A DNA stretch of 62,874 bases, the filler included, from Atractiella rhizophila (Eukaryota): the NCBI GenBank assembly GCA_021432655.1. It is 17 parts of 17 records of this genome, joined end to end, with 100 filler letters (N's around TTAATTAATTAA, not from the genome) between each part and the next. Parts side by side here need not be neighbours in the genome. Positions count along the whole stretch, not along the records: positions 48,444 to 51,993 come from MU272527.1; positions 52,094 to 55,636 come from MU272528.1; positions 55,737 to 59,268 come from MU272529.1; positions 59,369 to 62,874 come from MU272530.1; 13 more parts are not named here. One strand, 5' to 3'. Numbering within the stretch: position 1 is the stretch's first letter; each line of letters begins with the position of its first letter. Under the pieces are notes generated by a model. It made no database searches, was not told the origin of the DNA, and saw nothing but the letters and a program-made list of their open reading frames with translations. Of the stretch, positions 49,324 through 60,202 are shown one piece after another. The translations under genes and the position numbers were made by a program.

Positions 49324-50049
49324 ATGTCGCTGATCAGCTCTGCAGACCACTGCGCCAGGGAGGAGCGGGTCAAAGATCTAGTAAAAGAAATTGAACGGTT
49401 ACAGAAGGATAACATCGTTCTGTTGCGTAGGCTTGCAGCAGAAAAAGAAAATGAACGGTTACAGAAGGAGAACATGGCTCTGTCACGTAGGCTTGCAGAG
49501 GCAGAAAGGTGGGGGGGCTGCAATCGGCCACACAATCACTCCAACCACGTTGTAACTGACCAACCTCAAGCACATGCTCATTCGTCATCCGGCTCTACAT
49601 ATAATCTCAGGCAAGATATCCTCAAGGTTGGACGAGAAGGCGGGCAGACAGAATTCCTCGCCCTTCACAACCCCCGTCAGGCCCTCCTTTGTCCTTCACA
49701 TAACTTTGTCTATCAAGATGAAAATGAATCCCAAGCCCTCTTAACCGTCGACGAGGCATCTGTTCAACCACACAGTAATTCGGGTTGGCATCAATTTGGG
49801 CTCGGACTGCCACCTCAGCCACCAGCTCCCGTTCAAGATCAGTCCTCCTGTGACACCTCTTCTTCGGCATGGATGCCGACCGATGGCGACACCTCCTTTC
49901 AACTCCAGGCGGATCCTCGTTGTCAACAATTTGGGCTCGGACTGCCGCCTCAGCCACCAGTTCCCATTCAAGATCAGTCCACCTTTGACACCTCTTCCTT
50001 GGCAAGGATGCAGACCTTTGGCGACACCTTTGATAAGGTCTCTGTGTAA
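49324..50049 (+). CDS. Hypothetical protein with coiled-coil and internal tandem repeats
   Basis: 241-aa ORF with a 60-bp ERLQK(D/E)N..RRLA repeat and a 135-bp QFGLGLPPQPP repeat (49792 and 49927). Confidence 0.5.
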   Translation: MSLISSADHCAREERVKDLVKEIERLQKDNIVLLRRLAAEKENERLQKENMALSRRLAEAERWGGCNRPHNHSNHVVTDQPQAHAHSSSGSTYNLRQDILKVGREGGQTEFLALHNPRQALLCPSHNFVYQDENESQALLTVDEASVQPHSNSGWHQFGLGLPPQPPAPVQDQSSCDTSSSAWMPTDGDTSFQLQADPRCQQFGLGLPPQPPVPIQDQSTFDTSSLARMQTFGDTFDKVSV

Positions 50050-51295
50050 CAACACTTTGAAAGAATTTGCAATGTTGATTTGCTTGGGATTCAGTTTCAC
50101 CCCCCTTTTGAGCACAAGGGTAACTGGAGTCCAGTGCTCTTCTGTGGTCCATTGAGTAGCCGACAAGTCACTTGTATCCAATCTTCACTACCACTCGGGC
50201 ACGCCTCCTTTCTATTGCTATTGAATCTGGTTGAAGCCCTCCGTAGATATCAAATGCAACCGTCTTGAAATATGGAAGGCGAACTGTCATTCTAAAAAAT
50301 ATTAGGTAAGTTACTGAGAAAATGAATGTGAAATCTCAACTTTCCAAAGTAGACAACTTGGAAACTCAAAAGTAGACAACTTGGAGGCAACGGAGAATAC
50401 AATCAACAGGATTCGAAAATCAATGACTAGTGAATATGATGTCACACATCCAAAACTTGATTGGAGCCTTACTTATTGCATCAGCCATATTCATCGGCCA
50501 GAGAATTACCTTGGCTGCCAGTAGCAAACTTATCTGTCTCCAAAACATGGAGCACCATCTCCACAATATCAGGTTCAGTGGATGTCTGGTGAACCCTTGT
50601 TTCACAATCTAGTACTTCTTGCTGAATCCCGTTGCTGGGCATGTATTGTCGCAAGTTGACGGGATGACTTGAGCAATGATGGTAAGAAGGGTTGCGAGGT
50701 TGAGTTCAATACTGAAATAGACAGCAAACTCAATACTTGCCCGATGATGTATATCTTGGGGGTGAGAATGAGAACTATATCGCATAAGTCAGGCCTTGAT
50801 GTGAGGACGACACGTACTTGCAAATCATATGTCGTATCTGGAAATACCAAGGAGGAGGATGAGTTCGAGGATTTGAAGGGATGCGGTGAGCAGGTTAGTT
50901 CCGATGCCAAAGTGGATAAAATGCGTCAGCAATATTTGCACTTCCGCACCTGTAACAGTAAGAAGCGTACGCGTAACATCCGATCTGCTGTCGTCTACCG
51001 CTCTGTCAGCTGTGCATAGATGCGGTGAAGAGACGAACCGGGAAATTATGCGATGCTTCTTGACAGCGAGAATGGAAAGGAGTCCAAGAAGGCGATCGAT
51101 AAAGGCGGATCCACAAGCTGCAACGAAACATCTGCGCCGGTTTCATTATAGTGCCTTCGAAACAAAATTAGACGTACTAGGAATCACGGTAGAGGTCCAT
51201 TCTCTATGAAAATGGACTCAATCTTTTGTCAGTCAGAAAGTTAGTAAGTATTCAGCCCCTGAATTTTGATGGATTCTGACTCCTTGGAACCTTGC

Positions 51296-51570
51296 AGGGC
51301 TGGTCTAGTGCTGACCTAGTCACTCAAGGCACTACTACTCAAAACAGTGCATGCTTTGAGCTGGTTTAGGGCCGATTTTGGCTCCACAGCAGTGACGGCT
51401 CAGTGCTTTTAGTGCCTTGCCAGTGCCCCTTTGGTGCTTTTGTGTAAATCGCATATTTAGTGCTTTTAGTGTACGGTGAGTGCATTGTAGTGCTGCTTTG
51501 GTGCTTGAAAACAGTGCACGTTTAGTGCTATTATAGTCGTGCTCCAGTGATGGCTCTGGTGCAGGAGAAT
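51296..51570. repeat. (A/G)GTGC(T)-rich array starting CAGGGCTG, probable DNA-transposon subterminal region
   Basis: More than 12 AGTGC/GGTGC motifs in about 270 bp. Confidence 0.5.
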
Positions 51571-52093
51571 TTCTGTGTTATGGATAGAATTGCACTCCAT
51601 TGTACCCCTAATCAACACTGGCTGCTGCATGTTCAGTGCTAGTCCTTTCGCTCACGTTTCCCCAGTACGTGCCCCTGCCTAAATCCTTCCCTGGACCCTC
51701 TTCTCCCTAAGACACCTGAAAGCCACGCCGTGTTATCTTTGCCTTCATAGTCGACGTCCCTCTGTTGTCCCTGCACCGTTACCTGCATCACTCCTCCACC
51801 ACTTCCACTAGCAAGGCCCCTTTGGTTGCCCTGGTCCACCTTGAGCAGTCGAAAAGTTCCAGTATCCTTTTGTCGATGGAATTGAATTTTGTAATACCAA
51901 CTCCTACATTGTACTCCTAATCTATGTTGAGAACTTAGCTAGGCAGACAGGGGTGGCTCACTTGGTTTTGTAGCATTTTCTTCCAATGCTCTGNNNNNNN
52001 NNNNNNNNNNNNNNNNNNNNNNNNNNNNNNNNNNNNNTTAATTAATTAANNNNNNNNNNNNNNNNNNNNNNNNNNNNNNNNNNNNNNNNNNNN

Positions 52094-53051
52094 GAGACGA
52101 TGATTGGTGCGCCGTGAGCGGGGACGGGGAGTTGGGGGTGTGGGTGTGGGTGCGTGGAAGCGAGGAGAGGACCGGAGAATCCGGCAGCTGGTTGTGGTTG
52201 GGCCATATTTGTCGTTTGTAGGTTCCTACGTCGGTTGACTTCCGGTCGGTAGGCGAGTAGGTCGGTAGGGATGAGGGAAGAATGGGGTTGTTGGCGGCAG
52301 AAGGAGAAAGATTAAGGATTATCTCGTTCTCTCCTGGCAGGCTCCAGGCAGGCAGGCTGGGAAACTGAGTCGTACTGTTTCCGTCCCCACAAGTATCGTC
52401 AGTGAGTGAGGCGAGCGAGATATGTAGAGCTATGGCGGAGAGCGGAAGATTCAAAGTGGAACCAAAAGAGGAGGAACAAGGAACCGGTTCATATTACCCT
52501 CGCTCGGCCGTTCACTCTGCACATCGCTGATCCCCTCCCAACGCTCCAATTTAACATTGTAACATTTGAGGACGAATACGTCAAAAGTCGGACATGGACA
52601 ACATGTTACGTTACTCCGCACCATGATTGCGCCGCCCAACCCCAGTATTGTGAAGATCGGAAAACTCACTTTTGGGAGAATAAGTAAAAGAGTTAGTGGT
52701 ACAATTTCCCTTATTCAGTATATGTCGGGTACAATCTGATCTCCCTTCTTCTTTGGTGGGTGACTCTGAGTAGATGAAAGCGAAAAGAGCGGTGTGATTT
52801 GGACGGTAAGGAAGGACGAGAAGGGAAGAAAAGAGTGTCAGAGCGAGGAGTCCCGCTTTTTGTCGAATGTGAGTCTCGTGGTGGTTCGCAGGGGCGTTGG
52901 GCTGGAGGGAGGGGCTGAGTTGCGGGGGAGGAAGAGTGGTCGTTGGGCGGATTGTCAGCTCACTGGGATTCCTCGGAAACGAGATGGAAGCGACACCACG
53001 GACCGGGTATCCGTACGTCTTTGCCGCTCGGGTTCTTGCATTGTATGCCAT
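52094..53051 (-). CDS. Hypothetical spliced protein with a hydrophobic segment, 3'-truncated
   Basis: ORF blocks 52611-53051, 52451-52669 and 52094-52454; AGLLALTLFSSLLVL is a hydrophobic stretch. Confidence 0.45.
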
Positions 53052-53126
53052 GTTCTCAGGGCGGAGGCTATTTACTACGCAACAGGCAGAGCAAGCAAGC
53101 AGAGAAGGGAGGGGAGAATGGGTATT

Positions 53127-54741
53127 TCATTTCTTCTTATTAGGCGTCTTCCTTTTTATCGTCTCGTCGCCAATAAAGATCCCTTTGCCCTGTCACACGC
53201 CCACCCAGACGCGTCGCACCAGAAACAGTTAGCGATTTCCATCCTCGGCATATTGAAGCATGTGAGAGAATAATTTGGGGGGAAGGAGGTAAGGTGTCAG
53301 GTCTCTGACAAGCCCCGGGATGTGAAAGTACGAGAAAATCATCTCGAGTTTCGCGTTTGCCACGTTGTCCTATGGGATCAAACGCGTCTAGCCTTGACGC
53401 ATCAAGAGGACTGAACAAAAACACACACATCGAAATCCGAATGCCCTTGGACGCAACGCATCGGAATATTGTCGGGCACCCAAACACCTCCATGACATTT
53501 GAAGCAATAGATGAATAGAATGGGTCAGAAACGTGATATTGATAAGAACTGAAGGTTTCAAGTTCACCAGTCAGCAGCTTAACACGTCAGAACAAATATT
53601 AATACAGAAGTGAGAGACGCGCAAATCTACATGTGAGCGAGAGAAAAACACTGTTGGATAAAATAAAAAGGAAAAATGATAGTTGGCAGGGACGATACCA
53701 CCACAACGCTACAACCGAACCTTGAGACCCAAGAGTTTACCCATGGTGTATAAAACAACCGTCTTTTACGAAAGAGTCTTTTCAAGAGGATCCATAATAA
53801 GTGCTCACACCTTGACTAGGGAAAGACGGTTTTCTCATGGACATGGACACCAAACAATTCATAAACACAAACAGAAGTCACACTTGAGCCATTACTGGAT
53901 ATCTCCTTTAGAGAACGAGAACATTCTGGACACAACAACCCAATCGCAAAGATAGACCATAAACCATAGAGAAGGGAACAACTCCGAAAGGATGAACAAG
54001 ACCCGAAGAAAGAGAAGAGGAGGAAGGACATACCTTGTACGGCTCTGGTTTCCTCCACTTCTGGACGTAGCGACACCACTCCCCAACCCTCTGTTTATCG
54101 ATGCCAGCGACCTCTATAGCAGTCGTTCCCTGTAGGGTGACTCTCAAATCGGAAGGTATGTCAACAAGGACATCATGACTGAACCCGAGTTTGAAACGCA
54201 ACCTCTTTACACCTTCCCTCAACGGATCATCCTCCATCGCTACCCTATACCCAACTCCAACCAGCTTAATGACGATGTAATACCCCCTCGTGGTCCCCAC
54301 CACCGCATTATGTATAAGAGATCTCGTGGTACCCCACATCTGTTTCTGAGCCTTATCCTCCGGGTCCACCACCGCAATACAAAGCTCGACCTCCTCCCCA
54401 ACCTCCTTCGCCCTCCCCACCGCGTCCTCATACCTCTTCCCGCCAAGCACAATTCCCTTCCTCCACCCCACCCGCGGGTCCTTCGGCGCATACTTCTGTC
54501 CCTCCCCCCGCGCAGACCAGGCGAAGCGCACGTAGGGAGGGATGACGACGGGCAATGAGCCCAGGGGACCGGAGATGAGCAGTGTGGACGCCTTTTGTAG
54601 GTGTGAGAAGGGAGGAAGCGGGTGCACGGAGGGTGGAGGAGCGCTGAGCGTGATGGAGGAGGGAATGGGGATGGGCTGGGACCCGATGTAGGAACGTAGG
54701 TGCGGGGTGGTGCTGAAGAGACGACGCTGCATTGTTGCCAT
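53127..54741 (-). CDS. MRPL6: Mitochondrial ribosomal protein uL6m
   Basis: SYIGSQPI, GPLG, QMWGTTRSLIHN, LVGVGYR, KLGFSH, GIDKQRVG and WRKPEPYK, then intron 53190-54033, then GKGIFIGDETIKRKTPNKKK*. Confidence 0.95.
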
Positions 54742-54956
54742 TTCGCAGATTAGCGAGGAGTGGTCGGTGGTGGCTGATGGGATGCAGAGGTGCAGGTGAT
54801 TAGGGAGGTCTAGCGGTACTTTTGCTTGCTGTTGTTCTGAACTGTGGTTGTTGGCCTTGGGTGAACAATTTTGAATTTCACGGGAGCCGCATTTGTATGT
54901 TTGACCTTGACTTCAACCACACCCAATAACTTGGAGGACGTAGGAGAGGAAGCAGG

Positions 54957-55636
54957 ATGAGCACGAGCAGGGCATTGTGGGCGATAGTCTACTCTGGAGC
55001 GAACATAGGCAAGCGTGTGCTCAGGCATTCCATAGCGAACAGGACGCCAGCTTCCTCCACAAGGCACTTTGAAGAAGTAAACAGGCCTAAGGGAGGGATA
55101 CACGATGTAGGGCCATCCTCATCCAGCCCGCTTTCTCATTCAAAACCTTCGCCTGAACCACTTACACCATCTCCTCCCCCACCGTCACCACCACCTCCTC
55201 CTCCTTCTCCTCCACCACCTCGAGCACCAGCGCCGTCCTCTCCAGCACCTCCAACACCCACCGAGCCAGAGCCCATCCCGCCACCTCCTCCCACTACGGC
55301 CGACGACCCACCGCGCCCAGCCCTCCGTCTCTCTCCTGTCCCAACATCACGTCTCGCGCGCCTGCTCTCCTACTCCTCCCTCTCCCTCTCCCTCCTCCCC
55401 GGTCGCTCCTCCCAATCCAAAGCCGACGCACTGGTCCGCAAACTGTCGCGCATGAGAGGCGCAGCATTGAAGTTGGGCCAGTTCTTGAGCTTGAATGAAT
55501 TCGAACGGAGAGAAGGCGGAGGTGGCGTGTTGGATGGAAGTATTGGAGATGAGAAGGCACGGCAGTTGAGGGAGGTGTGGGAGAGAGTTATGGATCAAAG
55601 CGAGGGCATGGAGAGATGGCAAGCCGAAGTACGTCT
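54957..55636 (+). CDS. COQ8: ABC1/UbiB atypical kinase COQ8, N-terminal part
   Basis: Pro-rich linker, then VPTSRLARL, LVRKLSRMRGAALKLGQFLS (KxGQ motif) and MERWQ. Confidence 0.88.
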
Positions 55637-55736
55637 NNNNNNNNNNNNNNNNNNNNNNNNNNNNNNNNNNNNNNNNNNNNTTAATTAATTAANNNNNNNN
55701 NNNNNNNNNNNNNNNNNNNNNNNNNNNNNNNNNNNN

Positions 55737-57033
55737 CCAGACGCACCTGGTCAACCTGCAACCGATTGGCGGTATCCGTGGGGGTAAGCGGTCCCGTTGG
55801 GGTGAGTAATACTGTAGGAGGTCCAACGTCTAGCAATCTCGGCGTGATTCCGCTAGTGGTCCCAGCTCTCCTTCTAGCCAGAATCTGAATGTTATCGTCA
55901 AGCATGCCCACAGTAGACGCCCTGGGTCTAATATTGAGGGAAGGGGGGTGCAGCTCTTCGGTCGGACGCTGACTGGAATAAAATAGTCTAGAAGAGTCAG
56001 CCGTCGAAGCCTCTGAATCTTGACGATCAGAATGAGTATACGGGGAGGCGAAGTGTTCCTCGGAATCTAGCAGATTTTCGTCTTCCTCATGCACCTTTTC
56101 GCTGAGACTCGAGAGATTTTCCATTGAGGGGACATGATAGGGAGAAGTTCGCCTTCCGATGATGGGCTCCCTTCCGACTCTAGCGAGGCCTGCCACGGTA
56201 TTCGATCTCATTCTCGTAAGGTGACTCTGATTCTCAAGAAAGGTCGATCTGAGGTTCGAGTTTGAAGCAGAGAGGAGAGATTGAGGGTGTCCCATCGGAG
56301 AGGAGGTGGCGAAGCCTTGGATGGGAGAATCGTCTAGTCCGAGGTAGTCGAGCGTGCGAACCTGATGAACGTCTTCCCCCATCATTGACGAGTGAGAGGA
56401 GAAAGACTCGTTCGACCTGAGTTCCTCTGGAATTCTATTCTCGCCCGAGGAACCCCAGGTTGACCCAAAGACATTTCCGAAAGGGGACGAGAGGGAGTTG
56501 GGAAGGGTCAAGGAGCCAGATCTCAAACGATTGGGAGCATTTCTGTCCGAAGCTGAAGCTCTCAAAGCTTGGGTAACCAAATCCAGTGAGGTGGCAGCAC
56601 CCAACCTTCCCGACAGCCTTGCAGCGTTGGAAAACTCTTGGGTAGATGGAGATGTTCCACGTTGGGACTGAGAAAGCCCCGACAGCTTCCGGACCAAGCC
56701 GTTGTCAGGTCGTGACAGACCTAGCACGTTTGCCCCATTCGTTCCTCCAGCTCCGCCTAAGTGAAAAGTGGACGGTAAAGTTCCAGCCCTGGGTCTTCTG
56801 GAAAGACCAGGTGGAGAAGACAGCCCTGGGTTGATTGATGTTTGCTCCGAGACGGTATTGATGGAAAGACCGGGTGAAGAAGGATTCGTTGAAGTCGTCG
56901 TGGATACATAGGTGTCAACACCATCAATATTCGAGAGCCTTTTTCAACAAGCCCCGTCACTTCCCGGATTTCAGGTATCATGACCGACTCACCTTCGAGG
57001 CAGAGGACTTGGATTCCTTGCGTTTGAAGCCAT
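55737..57033 (-). CDS. Probable Jsn1/Puf1-2-type Pumilio protein, low-complexity N-terminus
   Basis: MASNARNPSPLPRR, intron, RRPRAGTLPS, RLRSGSLTLP, TLDYLGLDD, RPRAST and RRRAGT motifs recalled from this family. RRM and PUF domains would lie beyond the contig. Confidence 0.55.
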
Positions 57034-57930
57034 TTCTTGCAGTACAACCTCCGACTGACAAAATTACAGTACTACAAGGTGACTGCGCCTGATTAATTCC
57101 CTTTACAGAATCGAATAATCTTCGCAGGGCCAGACCCAAAGAGAGATGAAGGAGTTTTGAGAATTTGCGTGGATATCGTACGTTGGCGACGGCTGACGAT
57201 TAGGACGAGGAGGGATTGAGGGACGTAAAAGTAAAGCTGATCGGAAGAAGATTATGGCCCTGGGAGACGTTTTATACCCTATAACATGAAATTATAACTG
57301 AGTATTGGGAAACTCGTATGGAGAGCTTTCTGCCGACAGAGGTGGTCGTTCTCTTCCAGCTGAAGCACTTTAGTAGCCCCAACCTTAGCAACCTTTCACG
57401 CCGCCCATTCAAAAGCACCCGTGCTTATGTTCCTGGCCGGTTTGCCCTTCGCACATATTTGGGATGGGTGCCTTGGATATGTTACAAACAATCAGGATGG
57501 AAATAATGTTTGATTTGATTCGGCTTGATTGCAAAAAATTGACAGTGGCACATGTTGGACGCATTCAACAGAACCACAAACTTCACCCATGCTCTCTGGC
57601 TACGTGTAAAAGGCACACAGCTGCAACGAAACAAACGAAACAGATCTACAAAGAAAGCCAACTAATAACTTGATAGGTTCTCTTTCTTGTCCCTTTTCCA
57701 CCCAAAAAGGGCAATTATTTTCCCCTCATTCGGCTTGGAATTCGTACGGTACCTTTTCAGCGTTTATAAGATATAGCTGAGAGGTGAGCAAAGTTGAAAA
57801 GTTAATAACTGTTAGATATGGCATGGTCTGACTTGGTGTTCATAGGGTACTGCGTCGTCCTAAGGTTGATTATCTGTCCAGGCGAAAGCGAGGTTGTTGA
57901 TTGTATGGCAGAGATTGAGTGGGCGAATTA

Positions 57931-59268
57931 TTAGAATGTTAGCAGCGCCTCGGACGTTGTTTCAGTATCGATAATGGCATCAAGCTATTGCAACTCTTTC
58001 AGTACACAAACATCAACAAATGACTCCAATGACACACCTCAACACCTTCTTGGTCGGTAGCCTCCAGGGGTTCAAAACGAGCAAGCTCCTGCTCCTTCAT
58101 GCACGGCGTGAAAGGCTCTCGACAAATTGGTACGTAGGTTTGAGTAGTCGGGAAAGAAACATCTCCTTCTCCGCCAATCTTTTCCTTCATAGGTTCATCC
58201 TTATCTCCCATCAGCTCCGCCGAACCGACTGAGCATTCCGGATCAAGATTCCAAACTTGATCGTCTAGCTCTTCTAGATCATCAACGGGGGCGATCATCT
58301 CGTCTTCTTCCTCAGTCGTGAAGCCGGTACCAGGAGAGAGAACGTTGGAGATGGGTGACAGTGAATCAAAACTCTCATATTCGCTTGGGGCTCCAGGAGA
58401 GAATGAGACATCTTCTTCCTCAATCTTGATGGCTACATCATCATCGAGCGGGGTTCCAAGGGTCATTCGGCCAGCATAAGCTGATAGACCAGTAACTGGG
58501 GAAGGCGAATCCTCATATTCGTCTTCATCTTCCTCCGCATCGTATCGTGTCTCGAAAATTCCAACACGAGATAGCTCACGATGTTCGATGTCCTTCAACG
58601 AGAGGCCGAAAAACGATAAAAAGACAGGGTCGTCGACCATTTTCGACGGAACATCTCCATCAGCTGCAGGTAGCAGAGCGTCGAGCCGTTCGAGTTTGTT
58701 CCAGCTATTCCCTTCCTCATCTTCTCCAAAGACACGAGATGATAGCATTGGGTTGTCCTCTTCCAGCTTCACCATATCGCTGTCGATACTGCTGCTCTCT
58801 TCCTCCTCTTTCTTGATCTTGATCTTAGCCTTCTCCTCCTCGCCCCAATCCAGATCATCCACATCAAAATCCTCTCCAGCAAGGTCCAATTCAGCCAGGT
58901 CATCTCTCTCGCTCAGTTCCCCGTCATCCTCCTCGTCGAAATCCAGGGACTTTATTTGGGCTTCGGTGTCTTGACTCCTTGGAACCTGCTTGGAGAAGAG
59001 CCCAACGATGAGGTCCGAGTGTGGGAAATCGCTCTGGATATTCATAGCACTCGGCGGAACGATGTCGTCTGGACGAAAGCCTAGATCGGTCGTTTCCCAA
59101 AGGAACTCGTCTTCGGAAGGAGCGGACAACTTCAACTCTCCATCCCACATCTCCAATCTCGCCAGTGTTGCTCTTCGGACCTCACTGAACCCATATCCAT
59201 CTGCTTCCTCTCTTGATATGCTTAGACACTCGTCCGCCGAAAGCTTGCGTCTCTTTATCGCTTCCTCC
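57931..59268 (-). CDS. Very acidic hypothetical protein, C-terminal part
   Basis: Long D/E-rich ORF open from the contig edge; last exon LDAIIDTETTSEALLTF* follows a GTGTGT..ATAG intron. Confidence 0.65.
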
Positions 59269-60202
59269 NNNNNNNNNNNNNNNNNNNNNNNNNNNNNNNN
59301 NNNNNNNNNNNNTTAATTAATTAANNNNNNNNNNNNNNNNNNNNNNNNNNNNNNNNNNNNNNNNNNNNACATCCTTTTATTCCGGCTACTTCGCTAATCA
59401 AAGGAGCTTTGTTACCATAAACATTCAGAGGCAAGGCTTTTGCCTTCAGAACAATAAGATTTCAGATTTCAGACTTCAGATCCCTTTGTTGTCTCCAACA
59501 CCTCGCTCTCAAGCTCCCCTGTCACCTCGTTCGCGGTTAGAAAGCCAATAGTGTGGAACAACCTTGTCATAATGTCGTTGAAGAATTAAGCATTGGCACA
59601 CCATACAGGCCAATCTAGATGACATGTTGCTGACTGCGTTATCCCACCGAATGCTCAATCATATCTGGCCTCAGCCATCAGCTGGAAGTGTTGTTCGTAT
59701 TTCATCTTATCAATACCTGCATCGTAAAGGCGCAGAAGCGCCCGTCCCCGACCTGCCTAAGTGGTGGAAATTGAATATTGAATGTTAATGAGCTGCATCT
59801 GCTTTATCATATCGTTGTTGGGATGGCATCAAATTAATATGCATGGGATATGTATCGCCGCAGGAGCTTGTTCAATTACGGGTTAAAGTCCATCCCAGGC
59901 GATTGTGCACATTTCCATATCGAGTCTGTCTGTTATGCCAACTTTGAAATATAGAGCTAACACTTACAGTATTTTTAAGGCTGCAAACGATGGAACGGTG
60001 GGAAATGAAGGTTATTTTCATTGAATTGCTTGAATTCGGTTTGCATAGACAGAAAGTTGAAAGACGATATTAGAGATCGCAAGCAGCCGTTGTACGTTTG
60101 AAAGCGAAATATAAAAGAAAAGCACTAGCGGTTATTGCTGTAAATGCGTTGTTTAGAATCGACTCGGAATCAGCGAATGCTGACATTACATTCTTTATGA
60201 AG

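Noticed and set aside
53440..53475. snR30/U17 call from ATATTCCGA in the MRPL6 intron
   Set aside because: Only an imperfect m1 motif; the m2 motif AAACCAT is not found at the matching position.
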